Shown: in pieces, positions 30,941-41,042 of the stretch
Numbering within the stretch: position 1 is the stretch's first letter
How the letters are laid out: every line of letters begins with the position of its first letter
Source of the DNA: an uncultured Spirochaetota bacterium
GTDB taxonomy: Bacteria > Spirochaetota > Spirochaetia > SZUA-6 > Fen-1364
NCBI GenBank assembly: GCA_963845535.1
Contig: CAWJSK010000012.1
Location: 640,001-704,000, forward strand
DNA: 64,000 nt
Direction: 5' to 3'
The notes under the pieces: model-generated
Seen by the model: the letters and a program-made list of their open reading frames with translations, nothing else
What the model was told of the DNA's origin: nothing
The model's database searches: none
Position numbers and translations under genes: made by a program

Positions 30941-31599
30941 GTGAGAAAGCCAATTATCCTCATTGCAGCCGTATTCCTTTTCGGTGCAGCTCTCGCGCAT
31001 GCCCAGATGGCGAGCCTTTTTCAGCTTGCAAAAGACGGAACACCCGAGAGCATACAAGCCGCCATCAGCAATGGCGCGGATGTGAATGCTTTCGACAAAT
31101 ATGGTCTGACGCCGCTCATGATTGCGGCCAGATTCAATACGATCCCCGAGGTGATCACCACGCTGTTGAAGGCCGGCGCGGTTATCGAGGCACGAGGCTC
31201 GGACGGCTCGACCCCGCTGATGTATGCGGCAGCGAAAAACCAGAACCTCGAGGTGATCACCGCGCTGTTGAAGGCCGGCGCGGATATCACCGCCCGTGAC
31301 GCCAACGGGACGACTCCGCTCATTGCAGCCGCCCTCAGCAACCCGAACCCCATGGTGATCACGACCCTCCTGAAAGCCGGCGCGGACATCGGAGCGCGGA
31401 ACAGGGACGGGTCAACGGTGCTCATGGCAGCAGCAGGGTTCAACCCGAATCCCTGAGGTGATACTGACGCTCTCTGAAGGCCGGGGCGGACGGAAAAGCG
31501 AAGAGCAAGGAGGGAAAGACCGCATTCGATTACGCGCAGTACAACGAAAAACTGAAAGGTACCGACGCTTACTGGAAGCTTAATGAAGCTCAGTATTGA
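30941..31599 (+). CDS. Secreted ankyrin-repeat protein, two apparent 1-nt insertions (~31451 and ~31472)
   Basis: GTG start with signal peptide (..FGAALAHA|Q). Repeated G.TPLM.AA..N....VIT.LLKAGA. Corrected frame continues EVILTLLKAGADGKAKSKEGKTAFDYA...EAQY to the stop at 31599. Confidence 0.85.
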
Positions 31600-31645
31600 G
31601 AGAGATCAAAAGCCCAAGGCAGGGTAGTCTGGCGGCGTGTCGACT

Positions 31646-32811
31646 CTACTTTCCGACCTTTCTGATGCGCTGGTTGTGGTAATCGGCGATATAGAGGTTC
31701 CCTGCGGCGTCAACCGCAATACCCCAAGGCGAGCTCAACAACGCCGCGGTGGCCACGTTTCCGTCACCTCCGTAACCAGCGCCCAGGTGGAAGTTTCCTG
31801 CCACGGTGCTGATGTTGCCGCTTGTGTCGACTTTTCGAACGACGCTGTTGAGCTGATCTACGATATAGACGTTGCCGGCGGAATCAACAGCAACCCCCGA
31901 CGGCTCGTGAAGCAAGGCTGAGGTGGCAGGGCCGCCGTCCCCTGAGTAGCCTGAGCCCGAGCTCCCGGCGATAGTGCTGATGATCCCGGTCGAATAAGTG
32001 ACCTTTCGGACCACGTTGTTGAAAGTGTCAGCGATGTAGAGATTGCCTGCGGAATCGACTGCGATACCGTACGGATAGTTCAGCCTGGCCGAGGTTGCCA
32101 GTTGCCCGTCTCCATAGTAGCCTTGAGCGCCGGTGCCTGCCCACAAGCTGATAGTGCCGGTGCTGCCGCCGGAAACCACCCGAATACGGTCATTGCAATA
32201 GTCGTCGATGTAAAGGTTAAGATTGATCGAGTCATAGGCCACGGCAAATGGAAGGTTAAGCCCAGTCGTGGTAGGCCGTCCGGCAAGAGTGTAGGTCGTA
32301 GTCCCATTTCCAGCTACCAGTGAGATTGTCCTCACCGACTAACTTCCCGAACGCGGTTATTGAAGGTGTCAGCAATATACAGACTGCCTGTGGTGGAATC
32401 GACTGCGACACCATAGGGATATTGCATTTGAGCCCCAGTGGTAGCTGAAGTCCCGTTTGCGTAGCCCGGGCCCTTGCTGAAATCTCCCGCATACGTACTG
32501 ATGTTTCCGCTCGTATCAACCTTTCGAATCAGGCTGTTACCGGAATCAGCAATGTAGACATTACCCGAAGAATCAACAGCAACGCCTTCGGGCCCGTCAA
32601 GCTCGGCGGTTGTCGCAGCCGCGCCGTCTCCGGCGTAGCTTCCGGTTCCGTTCCCGGCAAAGGTGCTGATCTTTGCCCCATTCGGAGTGCCAAAGCTTTG
32701 TATTACGCCTAAGACCCAGTTGGAGCAGCTCCCCACGGATATAAGGAAGGCAACGGTTGCGACAAACAGGAAGACAAGTCGCAGGTGTTTTGAGCCGGCT
32801 CTGTTGTTCAT
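31646..32811 (-). CDS. NHL-repeat (beta-propeller) lipoprotein, frameshift near 32337
   Basis: Hydrophobic stretch ending FLISVGSC (lipobox-like). About six repeats of P.GVAVDS.GN.YIAD..N...RKV...G.IST.AG across ORFs 32332-32823 and 31646-32335. Confidence 0.85.
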
Positions 32812-34907
32812 TCTTGTGCCCATTCTGTCGAGCGTCTTTCGGCGTCGGCGGCACGCGTGCCGCCCGGAGGTTCTTGCCCAGGGACTTGATATTGTGCGGC
32901 CAACTGGGGATCAAGCTTTTTCGCGTTTGTGTAATCCATGTCCGCCTCATCACGCTTGCCCAACGCAACCGCCGCGCTTGCGAGCTCCAAAAGCGCACGT
33001 GAGTTGTCCGGCGCCGCCTGCGCGGCGCGGCTATAGTACTCGTAGGCGGCTTTCGGATCGGATCTCAGCGTAGCAATGTTTCCCAGGTTGAGCAGGGCGT
33101 ACACGTAGTCACCCTTTGCGCTGAGAGCCGCAAGAAAGTCCTTTTCCGCCATGTCGTAGCGGCCAAATCTCGCGTAAACCACCCCCCTCCCGTTGAGGGC
33201 CCTCGGCGTGGGTTCCTTGGATATTGCCTCGTCGAACGGCGCGACCCGGGAGCTGATCTCCTCATCTACAAGGCCGGATAGGTCAGCACTAAACGCCAGC
33301 CTGACCAGATCCTGGGCTGGAATCTGCACCGTAGTGCCATCAGCGGGAAGCCCCACAGGCGGGTAGGTTTTCCAGGCCTCATGGACGGGATAAAAGGCCG
33401 CGGTTTTGTTTTCGACGCCTTGCCTCCACTCTTGGGCGCCCTCCCGCCAGGCGTCGAGCAAGCCTTTATCACGAATTGTGGTCTCGATTGGCAACCAGCT
33501 CTTCCCGTCAAGGAAAATAAGGTCTTCCGACTCAGTCAGTTGGGCCTTGGCTTCATCAGGAGACAGCCCGAGGTTGATTGCCATGAAAATATGCCCTGGC
33601 ACGGTAATGAATGCTGTCTCGATCCCCACCGACTCGAAGAGCGAAGCATAAAGGATGGAAAAATCCGAACAATCTCCTGCCCTGTACTTCAAGGTCTGCC
33701 GGGGAAACTTGAGGAAATCCACGACCTCTGGATGAGCCGAGGTATACGAGTAGGGCGTGCTCGGATTCGGAGAGTATGCCAGTCCGTAGATCCTCAGCGC
33801 ATCATGGAAAGCTATCGCGGTCTGGAGGTTTTTCACGACCCCGGGATTTCGAAGGTCGCGCACCATGGCTGACACGTTGTCGGAGATGTCGAGAACCCAG
33901 GGGTCCTTTGCGGAGACAAAAGCCGCCGCTTTGCGGTTGTCGTCCCACGTCATGGCGTTTCGGTCATACACCGACAGTGTAGCCGTGGTGGCTGCCTGGT
34001 CCTGGGATCCGTTACTTTCCTTGTATGCCGCATCCACTTCGGCGGTCACTTTTGTGGGTTCGGTGACGTCCAAAATGCTTGTCTTGAAAAGCGCGTAAAG
34101 CGGCACCTCACGTGTCTGGCCAGGATCGAGCTCCGCGATCGTCGCGCTCTCCTTGGGCCCGTCCATGTACTCCTTGATGATGAAACTTACTTTCACGTCG
34201 GTAAGAGGCTTCTTGCCGGTGTTCTTGACCACCGCTGAACCAACAGGGTGATCGTCATAGAATGCGTGAAAGATGGGAAAGACGCTTCCCAGGTGGACAT
34301 CTCTTATATCGAGAAACTGAGGACGTGCGGGTGATTGTATCCCACTGGCGTTTTGAGGGCTCAGGGTAAAAGCGGCACCGAGTGAGATGCCAAGACTTCC
34401 GTAAAACTGGAGGTAGTAGGTATAAAACGCCTCCAGTCGGAGGGCGATATTGGGATTGAGCGCATACGAGAGACCCGCTCCACCTTCCGCGAAGCCGTCG
34501 TTCTCGTAAAAATACCCCGAGTACGCGACATGCGTGACCAGATCCACGAAAGAGTAACCTATGTCAGCAAAGACGCGTCCCGAAAATGGCCCGAAAATGG
34601 GGATGCGATACGCCGCCCCGAGAGCTCCAGCCATCTCGTAGATTCCGCCCACGGCGCTGACCGAAAGGGGAATATAGTTGAGATTGATTCTGAACAAAGG
34701 CGCGAAGCCCCACCACGCGGGATGGACGTATTCTCCTGAAAAGTCGACCGTCACGCCGGTGGAGAAGTAGCTGTCACTAAGACCGAGCGGCAGTGTCGCT
34801 GCCGGGGACAGGCTCCACCAGAATGCGGGGCGTTGGGTCTCGCTCTGGGCGAAAAGGCTTCCAAGAATTATGAGACTGAACAACAGTGCGAAAGCATTTC
34901 TTTTCAT
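32808..34907 (-). CDS. Secreted multidomain protein: beta-barrel-like N-domain, Ig-like domain, transglutaminase-like Cys-His domain, TPR repeats
   Basis: Signal peptide MKRNAFALLFSLIILGSLFA|Q. Amphipathic aromatic strands ending ..LGISLGAAFTL. Motifs AGDCSDFSILYASL, VPGHIFMA and WLPIETT. TPR-like segments ALNGRGVVYA, ALLNLGNI and ALLELA. Confidence 0.75.
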   Translation of the reverse strand: MKRNAFALLFSLIILGSLFAQSETQRPAFWWSLSPAATLPLGLSDSYFSTGVTVDFSGEYVHPAWWGFAPLFRINLNYIPLSVSAVGGIYEMAGALGAAYRIPIFGPFSGRVFADIGYSFVDLVTHVAYSGYFYENDGFAEGGAGLSYALNPNIALRLEAFYTYYLQFYGSLGISLGAAFTLSPQNASGIQSPARPQFLDIRDVHLGSVFPIFHAFYDDHPVGSAVVKNTGKKPLTDVKVSFIIKEYMDGPKESATIAELDPGQTREVPLYALFKTSILDVTEPTKVTAEVDAAYKESNGSQDQAATTATLSVYDRNAMTWDDNRKAAAFVSAKDPWVLDISDNVSAMVRDLRNPGVVKNLQTAIAFHDALRIYGLAYSPNPSTPYSYTSAHPEVVDFLKFPRQTLKYRAGDCSDFSILYASLFESVGIETAFITVPGHIFMAINLGLSPDEAKAQLTESEDLIFLDGKSWLPIETTIRDKGLLDAWREGAQEWRQGVENKTAAFYPVHEAWKTYPPVGLPADGTTVQIPAQDLVRLAFSADLSGLVDEEISSRVAPFDEAISKEPTPRALNGRGVVYARFGRYDMAEKDFLAALSAKGDYVYALLNLGNIATLRSDPKAAYEYYSRAAQAAPDNSRALLELASAAVALGKRDEADMDYTNAKKLDPQLAAQYQVPGQEPPGGTRAADAERRSTEWAQE

Positions 34908-35160
34908 GCTAAAGACCTTCGCCATGACCAGAATCTTATGGCCACTCATCATGCAGCACCTCAAGCGCCTTCCGTGGGCATAGTTTGATGACCATACTCG
35001 GGAACCAATAGGACCCACCCGCACCATGCACAGACCGTATAGACCTCCGGCTCTTTGGCAGCCGGACAATTGTTCTTTGTACTTTGTACATGAATATAGC
35101 ATGGAAAGGCTCTTGGAAACCAATTAAAGATGACTTTCGAACCTGCACCGCGATGCACTC

Positions 35161-35919
35161 TTAATTCGTAATCTCTTTGTTCTTGCCAAATTTGTTTTCC
35201 AACAGATTGATTGATTGAAGCAATACGAATGTTTCATCCTTCGTTTTGACGTTTATCATGATACCGGCATTTTTCAACAGCTCCCGCATTTTGCTTGTCA
35301 GATAGGCCAGGGTGTTGGAGATGTAAAAGGGGAAGTACCAGAAGTAGAAAAAGGCAAGCAACACGCATACTATGCCCACGGCGGCCACGGAGACAATCAT
35401 GCTCCTGGAGTCATGCTGCGTTGACAGGCTTTTTCGCTCCACCGCTTCCATATTGAGATCGTTGATTTTGACTACGGATTGCCGCGCGCCCGTGTACGAC
35501 GAAATAAAATCAAAGGAGATCGCAAGCGAGCTCTTCCGCGGCGTATTCATTTGCAGGCAGGCATTCCAAAAGATTCCATAATTCTTGACTAATTCGTCAA
35601 CATAATCCCTTTCATGCAGCTCCGTAATGTTCTTCCTTTCCAAGTCAAGGTTGCGTTCGAACGTCTGTCGGCTCGCGTCAAACAGGCGGGAATCAAAAAA
35701 AGAAACTCCCGTCAGCTTTGGTCTCTCAACTGCAGCTCTCATGTCGTCCAGGGCCAGAAGCATGTTCTTGCAATAGATGAGCGATTCGTAATTATCCTTG
35801 ATGATTTTCTCCGCCTCGTTGGAGAGAGTCTGAATGCTGTAGGAGCTGTAGATTGCAAGAACGAAAATGATGAAGAACAGGAACCCCAGGCCGATTGTCA
35901 GCTTGGTTCTCAACGGCAT
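35161..35919 (-). CDS. Membrane sensor protein (TM, four-helix-bundle 4HB_MCP-like domain, TM, HAMP-like tail) with no output domain
   Basis: LRTKLTIGLGFLFFII TM1; IIKDNYESL...M..ALD; NITE..E; second TM; short C-terminal tail. GGAGG RBS before ATG 35919. Confidence 0.7.
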   Translation of the reverse strand: MPLRTKLTIGLGFLFFIIFVLAIYSSYSIQTLSNEAEKIIKDNYESLIYCKNMLLALDDMRAAVERPKLTGVSFFDSRLFDASRQTFERNLDLERKNITELHERDYVDELVKNYGIFWNACLQMNTPRKSSLAISFDFISSYTGARQSVVKINDLNMEAVERKSLSTQHDSRSMIVSVAAVGIVCVLLAFFYFWYFPFYISNTLAYLTSKMRELLKNAGIMINVKTKDETFVLLQSINLLENKFGKNKEITN

Positions 35920-35938
35920 AGACCCTCCTTGCCTGGGC

Positions 35939-38461
35939 TCATGGCTTGTCCAGTATCTCTCGCACCACGGTGAGGAGCTCCGTGGCACTGAAGGGCTTCT
36001 GCAGGAAGTTCAGGTCTGCCTCAAGAATCCCGTGATGCGAGATCACATTCGCGGTGTAGCCCGAGATATAGAGGACTCTTGCCTTGGGTGATAGCTCTCG
36101 AAGCCTGCGTGCAAGCTCCTTTCCACTCATTCGCGGCATCACGACATCTGCTACCAACAACGCGACGGAGGTGTTACGCGCCGCCACAGCGGCCAAGGCT
36201 TCCTCTCCCGCCGACGCCTCGATGACGACATACCCCGCCTTTTCCAGGGCAATTCTTGCAACGCTTCGAACCGCGGAATCATCATCTACGAGGAGTATTC
36301 TTTCAGTCCCTTTCGGGGCAGTTGCTCCCGGCGCTGAGACCAATGCCTTGCCGGCTTCCTGCCCGGTCAACGGGAGATAGAGCGTGAACGTCGTTCCCCT
36401 GTTCACCTCGCTATAGCAGTTGATGTACCCTTCGCTCTGTTTGACAATCCCGTACACCGTTGACAGCCCCAGACCGGTCCCTTTCCCCTTCTCCTTGGTT
36501 GTGAAAAACGGTTCATAGATGCGCGAAAGGGTTTCCTGATCCATCCCAATTCCCGTGTCACTCACGGCGATGCGAACATACTGCCCTTCCTTCGCTCCCG
36601 GGTGATCGCGGAGGTACGTCTCGTCGAAAGTTCGGTTTGAGGTCTCGATCGTGAGCTTCCCGCCGGACGGCATGGCATCCCGCGCGTTTACCGCGAGGTT
36701 CAGGAGGATTTGTGTCATCTGCCCGGGGTCCGCCAGGAAATTACCCGTGCTGGGATCGATGAACGTGCGAAGCTCAATGTCCTCACCAATGACTCTCTCG
36801 AGCATCTTTTGCGTGGATCGAAGGAGGTCTTTCGTGTCGATGACTTGGGGTCGCAGGACCTGCTTGCGACTGAATGCCAGAAGCTGCTCAATGAGCGTCG
36901 CTGCCCTCTGAGCCGCCTTGGTGATTTCCGCGACATACTTCCGGTTCGCCGGGAGCGGCTCCCGGTTGAGCACCTCGCAGTAGCCAATGATGACTTGAAG
37001 GACATTGTTGAAGTCGTGAGCAATCCCTCCCGCAAGCTGGCCGATTGCCTCCATCTTCTGGGCCTGAGCAAGCCGCTCCTCAAGCCTTTTCTTTTCAGTC
37101 ACATCGGAGGTGAAGTACAAGACAGCCGGCCTGCCGTCCCACTCGATCATCTGGCCCACGGTTTCCACCCAGATGACTTTCCCGTCCTTCCTCACATCGC
37201 GAAAGGTTGCCTTGGGAATGAGATTGCCCTCGGTGCGCGCCGCATAGCGTTCCATCGCCGCGCCTGCATCATCCTTGTGGATGATCCGTGCGATCTCCAT
37301 GCCCGCCATTTCTTCGTGTGAATAGCCGAGCATCTCAAGGAGATGGTTGTTGAAAAACAACACCTTTGCGTTATCGACGACCGAGATGCCCTCGGGGGCG
37401 ACCTCGATGAGGTTTCGGTACTTGCTCTCCGAGATACGATATTTCTCTTGGCTCTCCCGGAGTGCCTCCTCCGCCCGCTTGCGCTCGGTGATGTCGCGAA
37501 TCATCGTCAGTGATGCGCGTACCCCATCGTAGATAATGGGGGCTGAAGAGACTTCGACGTCGAAGGCGCTCCCGTCGAGATGAAGACATTTCTGCTCCTC
37601 CCGTGGCACGTATTCTCCCGCCCGCTGTATCCTGCGCGAACGTTGCTGAACGATCTCCCGAAAGTCAGGGTGGACAAGGTCCATTACGTCTTTTCCTACA
37701 AGGGCCCCGGGCGTATCTGCGCCGAACAAAGCCGCGGCCGAAGAGTTTACGAACGCGACCTTGCCTTCCCGGTGCACGAGCACCGAATCCGGGCTGAGCT
37801 CGACAAGCTGGCGGTACCTCTCCTCGCTTTCTCTGAGGGCCGCTTCCGCCCGCTTGCGTTCGGTGATGTCGCGGGAAATGCCGAACGTCCCCACAATGTT
37901 CCCGCGCTTGTCACGCAAAGGCATCTTCGTCGTCAACACCCAGGCATCAGGGCGATCAGGCCGCGTCTCCCTCTCTTCCTTGTCGACGATGGGCTCGCCG
38001 GTGCTCATGATCCTTTGCTCGTCTTCAAACGCTTCTCGCGCGTGCTCCTCCGTGAAGTAGTCGAAATCGGTTTTCCCGATTGCTTCTCGGGGGTCCTTGA
38101 TATTGAAGGCTTTGAGAAATGCCCTGCTGAGATGTATGAAACGACTCTGTCTATCTTTGAAATAGATATTGTCTGGTATGTTCTCTTCCAATGCGTCCAT
38201 CAGGAGAATGCGCTCTGGGGGGAGTTCCTCCTCTCCCACTTTCTCGCCGGTGATATGCAGCCTCAACGCGGCGTCGTGAGCGCTTTGGAAGTCCATCATG
38301 CTCTCACGGGACCGCTTCAGAAGGTCTTCGATTGCATCAACAAGCAGATCCAGCCCGTCACCCTTGGCTGTTCTGCCTATGCCCAGGGAGGAGTCTCCTG
38401 GTGAGGTCTTCTTGACTGCGTCGATGATCGCGTCGACGCGATTCTGGAACTGTTCTTGCAT
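35939..38461 (-). CDS. Cytoplasmic hybrid sensor histidine kinase (3 PAS/PAC, HisKA, HATPase, REC)
   Basis: Motifs GKTDFD..., SRDITERK, MIRDITERK, AGGIAHDFNN, NARDAM, DTGIGM, FFTTK..GKGTGLGL and ILLVDD...DVVMP...SGY...KPF. Confidence 0.95.
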   Translation of the reverse strand: MQEQFQNRVDAIIDAVKKTSPGDSSLGIGRTAKGDGLDLLVDAIEDLLKRSRESMMDFQSAHDAALRLHITGEKVGEEELPPERILLMDALEENIPDNIYFKDRQSRFIHLSRAFLKAFNIKDPREAIGKTDFDYFTEEHAREAFEDEQRIMSTGEPIVDKEERETRPDRPDAWVLTTKMPLRDKRGNIVGTFGISRDITERKRAEAALRESEERYRQLVELSPDSVLVHREGKVAFVNSSAAALFGADTPGALVGKDVMDLVHPDFREIVQQRSRRIQRAGEYVPREEQKCLHLDGSAFDVEVSSAPIIYDGVRASLTMIRDITERKRAEEALRESQEKYRISESKYRNLIEVAPEGISVVDNAKVLFFNNHLLEMLGYSHEEMAGMEIARIIHKDDAGAAMERYAARTEGNLIPKATFRDVRKDGKVIWVETVGQMIEWDGRPAVLYFTSDVTEKKRLEERLAQAQKMEAIGQLAGGIAHDFNNVLQVIIGYCEVLNREPLPANRKYVAEITKAAQRAATLIEQLLAFSRKQVLRPQVIDTKDLLRSTQKMLERVIGEDIELRTFIDPSTGNFLADPGQMTQILLNLAVNARDAMPSGGKLTIETSNRTFDETYLRDHPGAKEGQYVRIAVSDTGIGMDQETLSRIYEPFFTTKEKGKGTGLGLSTVYGIVKQSEGYINCYSEVNRGTTFTLYLPLTGQEAGKALVSAPGATAPKGTERILLVDDDSAVRSVARIALEKAGYVVIEASAGEEALAAVAARNTSVALLVADVVMPRMSGKELARRLRELSPKARVLYISGYTANVISHHGILEADLNFLQKPFSATELLTVVREILDKP

Positions 38462-38582
38462 TCCCCGTCCTCCCCGCGTTGGAACCTTGTCTGCGGTCTT
38501 CACTAGAAGCGGCAAGGGTTCAAGAATTGTACCACGAGCGGGGAACAACGCAATGCCTGACAGCCTCGCCATGCAAGATCGC

Positions 38583-40004
38583 CTATCTGACTGATCGTAT
38601 GCATGATTCGAGTATCCCTATCCCTTCCTTGATCCGCGCCGGCGTAAGCATCCCGTAGCCCAGGATGAGAGTGTCAGCCCATCTGCCCTTGCGAATTGCA
38701 TGCTCCTCCACGGGGTACACCTTCACACCGGCGTGTTCAATGCGGGAAAGCAGCGCCGGCGTGAATCGAAGGCCACGAAAGCGCGCGCACAGATGAAGGC
38801 CCGCAGCGCTCCCCAGGACTTCCGCCGCATCCCCGAAACGGGTTTCCAGATTGGCCACGAGCGCCTGCCGGAGCGTACGGTGCGCCTTCTTCATGGCGTG
38901 AACATGACGAACGAAATATCCTTCCGCAAGGAACCGCGCAAGGATGAGCTGCTCCACGGATGAGTTGTGAAGGTCGGTGAACCATTTTACTTCCCGCCCC
39001 CTGCTGACGAGCTCCGGAGGAAAAACGATATACCCGATGCGAAACGCAGGACACAACGTCTTGCTGAATGTCCCCACGTAAATGACGCGCTGCGGGTCGA
39101 GGCCTTGAATCGAGCTGATGGGGGGTGAGTCGTACTTGAACTCGCTGTCGTAATCATCCTCCAGCACGTAGGCGCCGCGTGATCGCGCGTACTCCAGCAG
39201 CCGCGCCCGCCTCTGGATGGGCATCGTCACGCCGAGCGGGAACTGGTGAGACGGAGTCACGTAGATGAAGGCCGGTCGGGCCCGCGGAGGAAGCAAGTCC
39301 ACGCGCATTCCCTGCCCGTCCACGGCAACGGCAAGCACCCTCGCGCCGAAGCCGCGCGTGATGCTCTGAATGTCGGAGGTCACCGGGTCCTCCAGGACGC
39401 ACGTCCGCCTTTCTCCGCCCGCCGGACCGCGGCCCAGGAGAAGCCTGCTGATGATGCCGACCGCCTGCGTCGTTCCCCCGGTGATGAGTATCTGGTCGGG
39501 ATGGCAGCGCACGTCCCGATAGGCGGAGATGTAACGGGCAATCTCACGTCGCAGCTCAGGCCTCCCCTCGGGCTGGCTGTAGCTGAGGTCCAGCGGCGTC
39601 ACGCTGCCCCACGTCAGCCGGCTCAACCGCTCCCACGTCCTGACGGGAAACCGCGCAAGGTCCGGCAAGCCGGAGCGGAAGTCGATCAGCTCGGGGCGAT
39701 ACGGCCGAAAGCCCACACTCGGGATGGAGGGAAGGTCCGGCAGGTCTTTCGGCCGGAAGGCCGCCCCTGAGGAGACGAACGTCCCGGCCCCCACCCTGGT
39801 CTCGATGTAGCCTTCCGCCAGAAGCTGGTCGAACGCGTTGAGCACGACGTTGCGCGAAACCCCCAGCTCGCCGCAGAGGCGTCGGGTGGAGGTCATGCGG
39901 ACCCCCGAGGGAAGAGCGCCCCTGAGGATTTGCGTCCTCAGGCGTTCATAGATCTGGTGTGTGAGCGGCGTATCAGCCCCCCGCTCCAGGGCGACAAACG
40001 ACAT
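38583..40004 (-). CDS. MocR/GabR-family transcriptional regulator (GntR wHTH plus PLP aminotransferase-like domain)
   Basis: QIYERLR...STRRL..ELGVSRNVV..AFDQL.AEGY; TPSHQFPLG; EDDYDSEF; GTFSK (PLP Lys). Confidence 0.95.
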   Translation of the reverse strand: MSFVALERGADTPLTHQIYERLRTQILRGALPSGVRMTSTRRLCGELGVSRNVVLNAFDQLLAEGYIETRVGAGTFVSSGAAFRPKDLPDLPSIPSVGFRPYRPELIDFRSGLPDLARFPVRTWERLSRLTWGSVTPLDLSYSQPEGRPELRREIARYISAYRDVRCHPDQILITGGTTQAVGIISRLLLGRGPAGGERRTCVLEDPVTSDIQSITRGFGARVLAVAVDGQGMRVDLLPPRARPAFIYVTPSHQFPLGVTMPIQRRARLLEYARSRGAYVLEDDYDSEFKYDSPPISSIQGLDPQRVIYVGTFSKTLCPAFRIGYIVFPPELVSRGREVKWFTDLHNSSVEQLILARFLAEGYFVRHVHAMKKAHRTLRQALVANLETRFGDAAEVLGSAAGLHLCARFRGLRFTPALLSRIEHAGVKVYPVEEHAIRKGRWADTLILGYGMLTPARIKEGIGILESCIRSVR

Positions 40005-40025
40005 CACGTTCCCTTTCCCACCTGG

Positions 40026-40073
40026 AAGTGGCACCATCGATATGACATGAAAGTGGCTCTTTTGTAAACCACT
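40026..40073. promoter_or_regulatory. Putative MocR operator: two direct repeats plus one inverted copy
   Basis: AAGTGGC at 40026 and 40051, and inverted CCACT at 40069-40073, in the divergent intergenic region. Confidence 0.6.
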
Positions 40074-40100
40074 CCCTGCGCCCATATTCGACCAGGACCG

Positions 40101-41042
40101 ATGATGAGCGCAGACATATCTGAGATGACAGCGGGACCCGCCGTGGCGGGACGCAAAGAGGGCGGGCGCCGAAGTGAGCTTCGCGGCCTTCTGGAAGTTG
40201 TCCTTGCCATGTCCCTCGCAGGAAGCAGCGTCGTGGTTGGCAAGCTCCTTTCAGCGCGCGTCCCCGTGTTCCTTTCGGTGGAGCTGAGCCTTTGCGCGGC
40301 GCTGGTCGCCATCCTTCCGGCGCAGCTCGCGCGAAGGAACGAGCTTCGGCGCCTCGTCCCCCGGGACCTTCTCTACATGTTCCTCCAGGCCCTTTTCGGG
40401 ATCGTGCTTTTCCGCGTGTTCACGCTGTATGGCCTTCATTTCACCTCCGCGCTCAGCGCGGGCGTCATCACGAGCGCCGCGCCCGCGGTCATGGCTGTGC
40501 TGGCCGCCGTGGTGCTCGGGGAGAAGCTCGGCCGAAGCCAGGCCTTTGGAGTAGGCCTGACCGTTTCCGGCCTGCTTTTCATCAACCTGTGGGGCCGCTC
40601 GCCGGCGGAAGGCACCGGGTCCCTTACCGGCAACCTCCTCGTGCTCGCGGCAACGGTGTGCGAGGCGCTCCTCACGGTCTTTCGAAAATCCTCGGGTGGC
40701 CGTATTGGGTCCATCACGAACACCACCGTGCTCGTTGCCATGAGCGCTGTCATGATGCTGCCCTTCGCGGTCCTGGACCTGCGCGGATTCCTCCTGGCAA
40801 GGATCGACGCCGTGGGATGGATATCCGTCATCTACTACGGCGCCGTGGCAACCGTGATCGCCTACATCCTCTGGGGCCACGGGGCGCTTCGGATACCTGC
40901 GCACAAGACGGGAATTGCCACCGCAGCGCTGCCCGTAGCCGCGGTGGTCCTTTCCGCGCTCGTGCTCGGAGAGCCCTTGGGACCGCGGCACCTTGTGGGG
41001 TGCGCGGCCGTCATCACCGGCATTATACTGGGGAACATATGA
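40101..41042 (+). CDS. DMT/EamA family transporter
   Basis: About ten hydrophobic segments in two EamA halves ending ..LGEKL and ..LGEPL. Divergent from MocR. Confidence 0.9.
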   Translation: MMSADISEMTAGPAVAGRKEGGRRSELRGLLEVVLAMSLAGSSVVVGKLLSARVPVFLSVELSLCAALVAILPAQLARRNELRRLVPRDLLYMFLQALFGIVLFRVFTLYGLHFTSALSAGVITSAAPAVMAVLAAVVLGEKLGRSQAFGVGLTVSGLLFINLWGRSPAEGTGSLTGNLLVLAATVCEALLTVFRKSSGGRIGSITNTTVLVAMSAVMMLPFAVLDLRGFLLARIDAVGWISVIYYGAVATVIAYILWGHGALRIPAHKTGIATAALPVAAVVLSALVLGEPLGPRHLVGCAAVITGIILGNI

